Translations under genes and position numbers: made by a program | The notes under the pieces: model-generated | What the model was told of the DNA's origin: nothing | Database searches by the model: none | The model's input: only the letters and a program-made list of their open reading frames with translations | In this document: piece after piece, positions 47,306 to 60,522 of the stretch | How the letters are laid out: every line of letters starts with the position of its first letter | How positions within the stretch are numbered: position 1 is the stretch's first letter | Source of the DNA: Hemiscyllium ocellatum | Taxonomy: Eukaryota | Assembly (NCBI RefSeq): GCF_020745735.1 | Contig: NC_083435.1 | Location: forward strand, 15,933,231-15,997,230 | DNA length: 64,000 bases | Reading direction: 5' to 3'

Positions 47306-47899
47306 TCAATATTGTGAGTAATCTCACAGTGAATCCATTGGCTGTGCCAAGAATCCGATCAGAGATCCAATTCAGTCTGAGGGTTCTGATTCAGTGCAAC
47401 GTTCATTGTCAGTTTTCCAAGAGTTTGGAGTGTGAGAAAGTGATGGGTGGTCCTGGAAGAGGTACAGGCAACTGGGAAGTTGCTATCACTTCCAGGTCAG
47501 GGAAGGGTGTGATTTGGGATGTTAGGAATATGAAGGGAAATGGAAATCAAAGAAGCAATGAATCGCCATATGAATAATTAACTCAACTCCTAGTAATGGA
47601 AAAATCATTACAGAGGTGGGTATGATAAATCAAATTGTGTTCAAATATCACCCATGTGCCCACAGTATGACCCACTTCTGAACCATTGAAGTGTTTTAGC
47701 AGAATATTCCCTGTTGTAATGTAGGAAATGAGACAATCAATATGGGAACAGTGAGGTCACAGAAGTAGTGGTGGGATGATGAGAAAGTCATCAGTTTTGA
47801 TTATATTGTTTGTGGTGTTAACGTTTGGTGACACCAAGGAAACTTACACATTGTTTCATTTCTAATAATGATGTAGGAGAGAAAGAAGTAGGTCCTCGA

Positions 47900-50662
47900 G
47901 GTTAGTAACATCTGGATTACTCCCAGTACCATGTGGTAGTGACAGCAGGAATAGGAGGATAGGGCAGATTCATGTGTGGCCACGGAACTGGTGTGAGGAG
48001 CAAGGATTTACATTTTTGAACCATTAGCATCTTTCTGGGGTAGAAGTGAGCAGGATAAGAAGAATGGGTTGTACTTGAATTGAAAGGGTCCAATATCCTG
48101 GTGAGGAGATTTACCAGAACAACTTGGGACGGTTTAAATTAGTAAAGGGCGGGGTGTATTAATGGGACCCAAATAGATAGTGAGAACAGAAATAAGACTG
48201 AGGCTGGTGTCGTAGATAAAGGGGGCAAAGTAAATATTCAAGGTAGGCAGGACAATGGCAAAGAATGAGGTAAATCTGAGAAATTAAACTGCATTAATTG
48301 TGACGCAAGAGGCCTGACAGCTAAGGCAGATGAATCTAGGGCATGGTCGGGAACATGGGACTGGGATATCATTGTTATTAGCGATGAAACAGGGCACGGC
48401 AGGACTGGCAGCTTAATTTACTGGGGTACAGATGTTATAGTAAAGATGGAAAGGGAAGCAAGAGAGGAGGGGTGTAGCATGTGTGGGTAAGGATAACACT
48501 AGGCCTGTACTTAGGGAGGATATTTTGCAGCAACAGTGGGAGTAATGAGAGCGAGGACAAGGTGGCTGCTGGGAAGGTAAATTAATCCTTCAATGGGAAA
48601 GGTGGAGGCTGTTTAAGGAGCACTTGTTGTGAGTGTTGGATAATTTTGTCCCACTGAGACACGCAAGGAATGGTAAGGTGAAAGGAGTGTTGGATGATAA
48701 GAGCAATGGGACATCTCGTCATCAGGAAGAAGGAAGCTTACTTAAGGTTGAGGAAGCAAAGATCTGGCACAGCTTTAGAGGATTACAGGGTAATTAGGAA
48801 ATAACTCAAAAATATACTGAGGAGAGCGAGGAGGGGCATGAAAGAGCCTTGGCAGGAAGGATTAGGGAAAACCTAAAGTCGTTCTGCACTCAGTAAAAAA
48901 TAAGAGAATGATCAGAGAGAGGGTAGTGCCGAGAAGGGATAATGGAGGGATCGTATGATTGGAGTCTGAAGAGATGGGGACACCCTAAATGAGTTTTTTG
49001 CGTCAGTATTCGCATGAGACAGGGACCTTGTGAATAGTAGAACACCATGGACCAGGTTAATAGGCTTGAACAGATGGATATTAAGGAACTGGATATGCTA
49101 GAAACTTTGGGAAGCATCAAGATAGATAAGGGCCCAGGACCAGACTAGATATATCCAAGGTTATTACGGGGTGTGAACAATGAGATTGGTGCACCTCTGG
49201 TGATGATCTTTGCATCCTCAATCTGAAGAGGAGTACTACCAGCTGATTCGAGGGAGGTGAATGTTGTTCCTCTGTTCATGAAAGGGAATAGGGAAACCCC
49301 TGGGAATTACAGACCAGCCAGTTATACATCTGTGTTGAGCAAGTTACTGAAAAGGATTCTGAGAGATAGAATTTATGACTATTTGATTAGAGGTAGTTTG
49401 ATTAGAGGTAGTCAGCATGGCTCTCAGAGGGGCTGGCCATACCTCACTAATATTATTGAGATCTTTGAGGACCTGATGAGACAAATTGACGAAGGTCGAG
49501 CAGTGGACGTGGTGCATATGGATTTCAGTAAGGCATTTGATCAGATTTCCCACAGTAAGCTCATTCAGAAAGTTAGGACGTATGGAAGACAGCCAAATGT
49601 GGCTGTCTGGATACAGAATTGGCTGGCCGAAAGAAGACAGTGAGTGGTAGTGGATGGAAAGTATTCCACCTGGAGGTCAGTGACCAGTGGTAATGCACAG
49701 GGATCTGTTCATGGGCCTGTACTCTTCGTAGTTTTTATAAATGACTCGTATGAACAAGTGGAAGTGTAGGTTTGGAAGTTTGCTGATGACACAAAGGTCG
49801 GTGGTGTTGTAGATAGTGTCAAGGTCTGTTGCAGGCTGCAACATGCATTGACAGAATGCTGAGCTGGGCTCAGAATTGACAAATGGAGTTCAACCTGGAT
49901 AAATGTGAAGTGATTCATTTTGGAAGGTCCAATTTGCATGCAGAATACTCGGTTAAAGACAGGATTCTTGGCATTGTGGAGGAGCAGTGGCATCTTGGGG
50001 TCCATGTACATAGATCCCTCAAAGTTGCCATCCAAGTTGACAGGGTTGTTAAGAAGGCATATGGCTTTCATTAACAGGGGGGTTGTATTTAAGAGCCAGG
50101 AGGTTTTGCTGCAGCTCTGTAAAACTCTGGTTAGATCATACTTGAAATATTGTGCCAGTTCTGTTTGCCACGTTATGGGAAGGATGTCGATGCTTTAGAG
50201 AGTGTGCAGAGGAGATTTACAGGATGCTGCCTGAATTGGAATGCTTGTCTTATGAAGACAGGTTGCGTGAGCTCGGGTTTTTCACACTGAAGAGAATAAG
50301 GAACGGAGGTGACTTGATAGAGGTGTATAATGTAATGAGAGGCATAGATAGAGTAGACAGCTAGAGACTTTTCCCCAGGGCATAACTGGCTGTCACGAGG
50401 GGTCATAATTTTAAGGTGATTGGAGAAGGTGTAGGGGAGATGAAAGAGATAGGTTCTTTCAACAGAGAGTGGTGGGTCTGTGGAATGCACTGCCAGTGGT
50501 TGTCGTAGATTCAACGACATTAGGGACATTGAAGCGACTGCTGGACAAGCACCTGGACAGCAGTAAATTGAGAGGTGTGTAGGTTAGGTTGATCTTAGAT
50601 TAAGATAAATGCTCAGCACAGCATCATGGGCTGAAAGGCCTGTACTGTTCTATGTTCTATGA
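47900..50662 (+). mobile_element. Decayed CR1 (ORF1 end, EN, RT, 3' tail)
   Basis: GNYRPASYTSV, HMDFSKAFDQI, KFADDTK, MEFNLDKCEVIHFG; (TTCTATG)n tail at about 50650-50662. Confidence 0.9.
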
Positions 50663-51270
50663 TATTCCTGGGAGACCATCCAGAAAAGGTATGTGGTTGC
50701 AATGAAGAAATAAGAAAAGGATGATTATCTCTTTAGGATTGTGGTATGGATCCCCAAATAGTCAGTGGGAAATTGAGAAGCAACTTGTCGGGAGATCTCA
50801 GATATCTGTCAGATTAATAGGGTTGTAATGGTCCTGAATGTCAACATTCACCGGTAGTTTACTGTGGAGAAGGACACAGAACTTGGGAAAGTATATAGTG
50901 ATGTCTTGAAGAGTCCATGTGACAGAAGAGGAGGTGCTGCAGGTTCTTAAACTGCATTAAGGTGGATAAAGTCCCCAGAACATGATTAAGTTTATCCCAG
51001 AATTTTGTGGGAAGCTAAGGAATAAATTGATGGGCCCATTGCTGAGATATTTGTATTATTAACAGCCAAGGGTGAGATGAGGCAAGCCTGGAGGATACTT
51101 AATGTTGTGCCATTATTTAAAAAAGGCTGCAAGGAAAACCCAGATGACTGGGGAGACTTGACGTCACTGGTGGCTAAATTGTTACAGGGGATTCGGAGGG
51201 ACAGGATTTACATCCATTTGGAAAGGCAAGGATTGATTAGGATAGTCATCATGGTTTTGTCCTGGGTTTT
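50662..51270 (+). mobile_element. Older CR1 EN/RT fragments; related pieces continue at 51913-51965 and 53150-53700
   Basis: WRILNVVPLFKKGCKENP, RDRIYIHLERQGLIR. Confidence 0.7.
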
Positions 51271-51912
51271 GCCACCCAGGTAAATAGTGCTGTGAGGAAG
51301 GCAAATGGTGTACTGGGCTTTATTGGTAGAAGAATTGAGTTCCGGAGTCCTGAGGTCATGTTGCAACTGTATAAGACTCTGGTGCGGCCTCATCTGGAGT
51401 ATTGTGTGCAGTTTTGGTCGCCATACTATAGGAAGGATGTGGAGGCATTGGAACGAGTGCAGAGGAGGTTTACCAGGATGTTGCCTGGAATGGAAGGAAA
51501 ATCTTATGAGGAAAGGCTGAGGCACTTGGGGCTGTTCTCATTGGAGAAGAGAAGGTTTAGGGGAGATTTGATAGAGGTGTATAAGATGATTAGGGGTTTA
51601 GATAAGGGTCGACACTGAGAACCTTTTACCGCTAATGGAGTCAGGTGTTACTAGGGGACACAGCTTTAAATTAAGGGGTGGTAGGTATAGGACAGATGTT
51701 AGGGGTAGATTCTTTACACAGCGGGTTGTGAGTTCATGGAATGCCCTGCCAGTAGCAGTGGTGAACTCTCCTTCTTTATGGTCATTTAAGTGGGCATTGG
51801 ATAGGCATTTGGAAGTTATTGGGCTAGTTAGGTTAGGTAGGATTCGGTCGGCGCAACATCGAGGGCCGAAGGGCCTGTACTGCGCTGTATCTTTCTATGT
51901 TCTATGTTCTAT
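51270..51912 (+). mobile_element. Young CR1 3' fragment
   Basis: LYKTLVRPHLEYCVQFWSP...FFTQRVVSSWNALP; (TTCTATG)n tail. Confidence 0.92.
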
Positions 51913-52339
51913 GTAAACCATGAATCATTGGGTTTGAGTTTTTGAAGAGGTGACAAAGAAGATTGTTCTCAGACTCTTTCAATCCCCTCACTCTCATACT
52001 CCCTTCCCTTTCTATCCCACAATGCCCATTCCTGTCAGTTCCCATTATTGTCATTCTCACCCTCAGCATTATGCTCCCTTCCACCTCACTCTCTCTTCTG
52101 CCCCACACTCCAACATTATCTCTCCCCTCCACCTGGCTCTGCAATTACATTGGTGTTCCCTCTAAATTACTTCCCAACTCTACATCCCCATTATTCTAAT
52201 TGTTTATAATCTCATATTCTTCCCTCCCACTCTGTATCACACTCCCTCCTCATATTTATTCTCATTTATCCTTGTCCATCCATCTCCTCTGGATATCAAT
52301 AATACAAGGACGCTCACATCAACATAAGTAACCATAAAA

Positions 52340-53085
52340 TAAAATAAAGAACTGTGAATGCTGGAAATCTGAAACTAAAAACTCAGTATCTTACAGAGTG
52401 GAAACAGGCCCTTTGGCCCAACAAGTCCACACCGACCCGCCAAAGCGCAACCCACCCATACCCCTACATTTACCCCTTACCTAACACTACGGGCAATTTA
52501 ACATGGCCAATTCACCAGAGGAAACCCACGCTGACACAGGGAGAACGTGCAAACTCCACACAGTCAGTCGCCTGAGGCAGGAAATGAACCCGATCTCTGG
52601 CGCTGTGAGGCAGCAGTGCTAACCACTGTGCCATCATGCCGCCCTAACAGCAAGTGTGGAGAGAAAGCATAGTTAATGTTTCTGATCCAGTGACACTCCT
52701 ACAGAACTGGATCGTAACTTGAAAAAGGTGGTTTATAACTGAAGACAGGGTGTCTAGGTTTGTCAAGAAATAAAAATCAGTGGAGACAGAGCCCAGAAGG
52801 AGAGAAAGACAGCAGACAAAGGGATGGATAACGGTGAGCCAGGAGGACAGAAAAGCTGACAGTGGGGACTATAAGGAGGTGAAATAGGACTGGCTGTGCT
52901 GAAAGTAGCCCAAGTCATGACAGAGCCTGGGGTGTCCGTGGGGTTAAAGGACATGGAAGGAGGTATTCAGGCCATAACTTTACTGAACTCAATACTGAGT
53001 CCTGAAGGCTTCAGGTTCCCCACGTGGGAAATTAGATACTGTTCTTCCAGATTGAGGCTCAGCACAAACTGGAAGAACAGTGTCT
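52340..53085 (-). mobile_element. Decayed PLE 3' end with nested HE1 SINE (52388-52643)
   Basis: gaatgctggaaatctga terminus, degenerate hammerhead at about 52670-52709, GIY-YIG tail remnant at about 52980-53050; SINE consensus inside. Confidence 0.7.
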
Positions 53086-53699
53086 CATTTTCCACTCAAT
53101 TGAGGCCACATGGAAAGAACTTTATCAAAGTTCGCAGTGGACTGTAGACCCAACACAGTCAGAGACAGATTAATCACTGATATGTAGCAAATCTCAGAGA
53201 AGTGCAAGAACAAAATGATAGTCATCTCAGGGGAATTCAGCTTCCCCAGGATGAACTGACACAGGCAGATTGTGAAGGGCTTAGACAGGACAGAATTCTT
53301 AAAATGTCTCCACGTGATCTTTTTAAGGCAATGTGTAGAAATTCCAACAGGAGACAGGGCAGGGCTGGAACAGCTGAGATTCACCAAGATGTTGCCTGGG
53401 CTGGAGTGTTTCACCTCTGAAGACAGACTTGATCGGCTGGGGATGTTTACATTGAAGCAGAGAAGGCTGAGGGGAGAACCTGATGAAGGTGTAGAAAGTT
53501 ATGAAGATTACAGATTGGGTACAGGAGGGTACTTTTCTCCTTAATGGAATGAGCAAGAACAGGTGCATAGATATAAGAGAAAGAGCAGGAGTTTTCAATG
53601 GGAATTAAGGATGATATTTGTCCCCAGATGACGGTCAGCATCAGGAACTCACTGCCTGAGAGGAGACAGACACCTTTGCAACATTTAGGAAGTTATTCA

Positions 53700-55070
53700 G
53701 ATGGAGTGATAGATTCACACAGGTTGGAAACAGACTCTTCCATCCAATCAGTCTGCAGTAACCTTGTCCCATTTGCCAGCATTTGTCCCATATCCCTCTA
53801 AAACCTTCCTGTTGATGTATCGATTCAGGTGCCTTTAAAAGTTGTAATTACAACAACCTACACCACTTCCTCCGGCAGCTTATTTCATACATGCACAACC
53901 CGCTGCGTGAGAAAGTGACTGCTTGAGTTCTTTTTCAATCTTTCCCTCTCACCTTAAACCTAAGCCATCTAGCGGTGCAGACACCTACCCTAGGGAAAAA
54001 TACATTAGCTATTCACTCTATCTATGCTCCTCATGGTTTTATAAATCTCTATAAGCCCGCTAACCTCTGACATTTCAGGGGAAAAAAGCCCCAGCCTATT
54101 CAGGCGCTCCCTATAACTAAAACCCTTCAGTCCCAGCACACCTCTGCAAATCCTTTCCACACACTCTCAAGCCTCACAACATACTTACGCCATGGAAGGG
54201 TAACCAGAACCACAGTCCAATGTGCCACACCAATGTTTCACACAGCCACAACTTGACTCCCCAACCCCAACACTCCCACCAATAAAGTCAAATGTGCCAT
54301 AAAACCTTGTTACCACCCTGTCCATCTGCAAACCTGCCCCAAGGAACTATGCACCTGCTCCCCAGATCTCTCACTCAGCAACATTTCTGAGGGCCACACG
54401 ATCAACTGTATCAGTCCTGGTCTGGTTTGCCCGACAAAATGCAACACCTCCCATTTATCTAAATTAAACTCTATCTGCCACTTTTCGGCCCATTGGCCCA
54501 TCTAATCAAGGTCCCTTTGCAATCTGAGGTCATCTTCTTTACTGTCCATTTGATGTTATTTTTGTGTCATCTGCCAACTTAGTAAATATGCCTCCTATTT
54601 GAATACTTTGCTGGAGTCCATATTGACAATGTCTACTGCTCTGCCTTCATCAATCTTCTTTGTTAGCTCTTCAAAAGAAGACACGATTTCCCACTGACTA
54701 GGCCATGTTGACTATTCCTAATAAGTCCCGCCTTTCCAATTGCATGTAAATCCTGTCCCACCCTCTCCAATAACTTACTTACCATTGACGTAAAGCTCAC
54801 TGGTCTATAGTTCCCTCACTTTTCCTTACAGCCTTTCTTAAATAATGGCACCAAATTAGCCAACCTGCATTTCTGCTATCTCAGCTGTAGATGTTGATAA
54901 TACAAATATGTCACTAAGGGCTCCAGCAATCTCTTCCCTAGTTTTTGCAAAACACCTGATTGGGTCCTAGGGATTTACCTAGCTTTGTATATTGAAGATC
55001 TCCACAGCACATTCCCTTCTGTAATATGAACTCTTTACAAGACATCACTATTTTCCCCCCAAGTTCCCTA
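53700..55070 (-). mobile_element. Decayed CR1 RT and 3' end
   Basis: MGQWAEKWQIEFNLDKWEVLHF; similar to 19233-20525. Confidence 0.8.
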
Positions 55071-55347
55071 GCTGCTGGGAAATGGAATAGAAGTTGATAG
55101 CCTCTTGATGACCAGCATGCTCACAGTGGGCTAAAGGACTTCATTTGATTCTGTGTTACTGTATTGCTATGTTGGTTGGTTAGCTCAGTTGATTGGACAG
55201 CTGATGCAGGATACACAGTAACAGTACAGCTTCAATTCCTACCTTGTGAAGATTTAGTCTTCTCATCCATGCCCCTTCAGTGAGGGATGTTGATGTTGAT
55301 TATAAGCTCAGCACCAGCCTTCCCTCTCTCAGAGCAGACAGCAGCCT

Positions 55348-55660
55348 TTGATTAAATTCCCTACTGTATGGAAACAGGCTATTCAGCCCAACAACTCCAT
55401 ACCGACCCTCCGAAGAGTAACCCACCCAGACCCATTCCGCTACATTTGCCCCTGACACTATGGGCAGTTGAGCACGGCTAATTCACCTAACCTGCATATC
55501 TTTGGAGAGTGGGAGGAAACCAGAGCACCCGGAGAAAACCCACGCAGACATGGGGAGAATGTGCAAGTTCCACACAGACAGTCACCTGAGGCTGGAATCG
55601 AACCTAGGTCCCTGGTGCTGTGACGAAGCAGTGCTAACAACTGAGCCACTGTGTCGCCCC
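55348..55660 (-). mobile_element. HE1-type SINE
   Basis: Family consensus on - strand. Confidence 0.88.
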
Positions 55661-56616
55661 TTGTCAACCTCACATTCTTTTACTCTTATGACTCAAGAAG
55701 TGGACTCACCAATTGTCCCTATGAATAAAAGGTGGCATTTTTACTGCTTTGTTCATTTTATCATCTCGACATGAAGGTTAACCTCCCATTAACCTTCTGA
55801 ATTACTCACTGGTCCTGCATACTCACGTTTTCTGACACATGCACTGGAATACCCAGATCACTCCATATACACAATTCTGCAGGTTTAAAGTACCAATTTG
55901 AGTTGGGTCAGGGAAACCCTGATGGACTCAACCTATAACCTCTCTTGGTTCATCCTGGAGATCATACTCTGTGGTAGTCTGGAGGATAAAAACTTTTACA
56001 GACGGCTTAGTTCAAATCATTACCTTTATTGACCAATAGCATCAAATGTTACATTATAACAGAGATATCTACAAGCCAGGCTTGAGCTAAGGTTCTACAA
56101 CATTTAGCGGAGTAGCAGTGCCACCTCTTACCCTAAGAGCTCACTCAGGCTACTCCCATTCTTCCTGCAAACAAGCTGTCTTTATACAGAATTTTATATT
56201 AAAATTACAAAAATGCCACATGTTCTTAATCAGATAAGCAACAATAAAATGGCAAAAGTTTGCACAGGAACAGAAACTCATTGACAGGTCTGAGTACACT
56301 TGACCAATTAAGTTACATGCACATCAAAGTGGGAACTCTTGATCAAGTCTGGCCAAATAGTCAATTGCTTTGGCTAATACATCGTAACAAGAGACTAGTC
56401 TAAACTAAGTGGAAAATGCTCAGTTACTAGGTCCAGTTTTGCTGTCCTACAAAATGTTTTTTTCCTTTAAAAATCAACTTAAGATTCCCAGAATGCAAAC
56501 TGAATTCATAACATTCCCAAATCTCGAGCTCCACACAGAAATATTCAATCCATGTCAAGCCAGTGTTCACTCAGATCAGACCACAAAGAGTTAACCTATC
56601 CACCAGCTTCCATCCT

Positions 56617-56643
56617 GTCTGTCTGTCTTTCTCTCTCTCTCTC

Positions 56644-56688
<45 letters not shown>
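56617..56688. repeat. (CT)n/(GA)n microsatellite in the putative LTR
   Basis: Directly visible. Confidence 0.9.
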
Positions 56689-59074
56689 GTTTTCCTTGAA
56701 CCCTTCAGTCAGTGAATGTAATTTACAGAAGAATGTTTTCCTGGCCTCTAAAGGTTAATGAGACATTCACTTTCCAAAACAGTTAAGATTGTAGAGCTGA
56801 TCTTCATAAGTTCAAATCTGCTCAGTGTGGTATGCACAAAAATGTATCAGGATTGTTCTTTTACATGCATATTCAACTCAGCTTATTAGATTACAAATGC
56901 TTTTCCTATTGAGTATGAGTTTTGATAAGATTCTTCAATATGACCAGAATTTTAGTTATCTGATATCCAACTGTGAAATATGTGCCCCGGCATGAGAAGG
57001 AAGTACTGCCATACATTACAAAAGTGAACAAATGTTAGCACCTTATTTACACCAATCCATTGATACCAAGAGCAGATGTCCCCAAATCTTCTGAACAAAG
57101 ACCCCCCCACCCCAGCCTGTGGTCAAGCTGTTTGTCACATCTCCTTAGCAGATGTGTAAGGCTACCAACTTTCTCATTCACTCCTTTTATTATTTCATGA
57201 TAACAGTACAGCATATACAAACACAATTAGTCCATTCAGTCCATTTGGATTTTTATAAGTCGAGGGCGTCTTCTGGCAACTCATTGCCCAGAGGAGCAGA
57301 GTCAGAAAAATACCTGATTTCAGCTTAAAAGTTCGGACATGGAGGTAGAGGACTGAACAAAGGTTGATTAACAAGATTCTTCTTTGGCTAAGGCGAAAAG
57401 CAATACAGTCCATTTCACACATAAGCAGACAACAATGTATATTTCTGGCATGAAATCAAGGATTATCAGTGCGCTCCACACAAACCATTCATACAGTGAC
57501 CATAGCCAGCAGATAGGACTTCATCCACATGAGTCGGTCAATGGTGGAGTAGGTATCTTCCCTGCATCTTGACTTGTTTGTTAATGACATCTGTGTCATA
57601 TACAATGTCTTAAGAGAAGTCATCGATGTCGGTGGAACATTGTGGGCCAATGACAGAACATCGCCTCCTCCTTTTGCGAGAAGGACATCTCACACTAATC
57701 AATTCTGAAGCATTATCATCCGGATCTCCTGTATTACCTTGTTCATTAGTTTCAGTGCTTGGGCAGTTGAGTTGGCCAATTTTTTAACGTTGTATTCAAG
57801 GTCACCTTGCTGATCTAGGGCCATCTCAACACCCTAGCCTGGAATAAGGCCTCCCATCAATCTCAACCACCAGGTTTGTTGGTGGAAGAAGTAATGCAAG
57901 TCTCCTTTTGTTTTTCCTCTAAGTTTGTCCCGGAATGATTCATATATTAGTGAGCTTTCCATTCATCATTTACCTTAGGTATTTTATGGTGGAGGGCAGA
58001 AAGTGGTAAGCTGTGCACCAAAGCACAGTGTCCATACCAGTCATTAGGTAATATATGGGTAGGCCTTGTTTTCACATAGCGAATGAAGGCTAAGTGGAGT
58101 TCTGAGGGTGCGCTTCTGTGAGTGAATGATGAGTCCACTCAGAATGAGGACTGAATCTCGTAAACAGTGGGTGTTATCAAAAGTTCAGTTATCCAAGTGT
58201 ATTAGCGGATGGAGAGTAGGAGTATAACCAGTGTCTTTTATAACATTTTTACACAGTACTTGCTTCACTTGCCCCATGTCATGGGTACTGGAAGTTCTTT
58301 CAGTGCACCATTCTAACAGTGGAACAATGTTAACGTTGAATCCTTTAGGTTTGTTAGTGCACTTCACACAGTGACGTGCTTCTTCTACCAAATGGGTTTG
58401 TCAGCACAGGTGGGGGGTTTGCATAAGTGGGTGAGTCTTATTCATATATTGTACATCAGAATGATGGAGCAGTGAGCAGACCACACATGGATCAGGGTGT
58501 TTAGCTTGAATAAAGAAACCATTGGCAACAGAAAGGGGATTAGGGGCACATCGTATTTTTGGTCTTGCTTCACCTTTCCAGCTTGGCTTGTGAACAATCA
58601 GTAGCTACTAATTACGGAAGCTGTATAAAGGTACATCTGCCAGTAGCGATAGATTGGATAGGAGAAGGTTCTGTCAAGAAGGTATAGGTTGACAGTATCA
58701 GAGCAATATATGCCTCAGAGTTCTGCAATTTTGGCGTTATGTGTTCAATATTACAATTCATATGGTTCATTCTGGGAGAGGAACAGACAAACATTTCAAA
58801 GTAACATTTTTCGGCTGATGGAGTGGATGAAGTTATGGAATCATTCCATCTCATGACAACTGGCATCGATGTATTGTGAGGGTGATAATAATGTCGAAAC
58901 TGATGTTTGGATGTGTCGTGTGAATAGCTTAAGTAAGTTTCAGCTGGCAGCTGCATTCATAGCTTCTGACAGTATTAGCACAAGTTTCATGGAGCTGAAA
59001 AATTCTATCTTCAGGTGGAGCGGTGGGGAAAATAATACACTCAAAGTTTGTGAGAAGATTTATAGCTCGGCTGC

Positions 59075-59596
59075 TTGTTGTTGTGGTTCTGTTCGCCGAG
59101 GCGGGAGTTTTTGTTGCAAACGTTTCGTCCCCTTTCTAGGTGACATCTTCAGTGCTTGTGAGCCTCCTGTGAAGCGCTTCTGACAAACATGGAGACAGCT
59201 AACAACCCGCATCCATGAACACCAACTAGCCACGAAACGACACGACCAGCTATCCCTAGTAGCCATACACTCAGATGACAAACAACATGAATTCGATTGG
59301 GACAACACCACTGTTATAGGGCAGGCCATACAGAGAACTGCCAGGGAATTCCTAGAGGCATGGCACTCATCCACAAATTCTATCAACAGACACATCGACC
59401 TAGACTCTATATACCGGCCACTGCAGCGGACAGAAACTGACAACCGGAAGCGGCAGATTCAAACCACTATAAATGCCGGAGGAATCAGCACAGAAGCGCG
59501 TCACAAGAGGCTCCCAAGCACTGAAGATGTCACCTAGAAAGGGGATGAAACATTTGCAACAAAAACTCCCAGCTTGGCGAACAGAACCACAACAAA
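59075..59596 (+). mobile_element. Poseidon-type PLE 3' fragment with about 105-bp inverted pseudo-LTRs, inserted in ERV env
   Basis: + frame QTWRQLTTRIHEHQLATKRHD..SLVAIH...HEFDWDNTTVI...AREFLEAWHS..NSINRHIDLD (GIY-YIG C-terminal half); 59078-59182 is an inverted copy of 59491-59595. Confidence 0.88.
59115..59155 (-). ncRNA. Type-I hammerhead ribozyme (Poseidon-type), core intact; mutated mirror copy at about 59518-59558 (+)
   Basis: - strand GCA-CTGAAGA-T-GTCACC-TAGAAA-GGGGAC-GAAA-CG-TT-TGC. Confidence 0.82.
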
Positions 59597-60190
59597 ATAG
59601 TACACTCATCGTCATCGGAGCATCCTGAACCACCAGTGCCATTGCCAGTGTAGCTGTGATTACATTGGCATTCTGCACCTAAATTGTTGGTTTTGTTTCT
59701 GCAGGTAGCATTGGGGTGACAAGTGGGATGCATTGGTGTTCTCACAGTATCAAGGATGGTGTTCAGAATTGCAATAGAGGTCACAAAATGGGTAGTGGTT
59801 AGCAGAGTGAGTGTTGTTTATTTCTGCTGTTTCATTGTCATCAGGGTTGTCTTGCCATGAGTGGTTATAATGACGTCTGTGATAGTGATGTTAGTTGGTG
59901 ACGATATGGTCATCAGTGTAGGGGGAAGAGCCATTGATAGGCATCTAATGTTCTCATTGTTTTGCCATGTGGCATGCTCCAAAGTATCATTGAGATTGAT
60001 ATAATTAATTCCTGTGACATTGTTCATACCAACAAATGTACTTCTCAATTTGATTCATTAGCATTGACACAGATTCCATTCAATCACATTGGAGGTTTAG
60101 CCAGTCAGAGATATTGGAGATGGACAGATTATACCTGGGCACATGTACATGGGTTGGGTTTTCATCGGATGATCACACTCATACTAACAG

Positions 60191-60522
60191 AGGTAGACAA
60201 TCCTTTATCCGAAATCTGATATGCTCCAAAATTCAGAGGCTTTTCATGGAATTTTTTTCCCATTAACAAGGTTGAATGGCGTGCAAACAGTTAACCTACC
60301 TCCACACCCACTCAATGCGTGTCACTCAGATGTGACATGAGGGGACGTGGCCCGGGACGTGGCCCAGAACTGACAGGCCACAATTCTGTATCAGGGCCCG
60401 TTTTACTCACAGTGAGTCTGCTCTTCAGTAAGATGTCTAAAATTTCACCATCAAGCTGTCACTTAGTCCGATATTCAAAAAATTCTGAATTCTGAACACC
60501 AGCTCGTCCCAAGTATTTCTTA
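60191..60522. mobile_element. Probable Tigger/pogo-type MITE remnant inside the ERV
   Basis: Ends resemble Tigger4/MER46-like termini (cctttatccgaaat... / ...gtcccaagtattt); TIRs imperfect. Confidence 0.45.
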
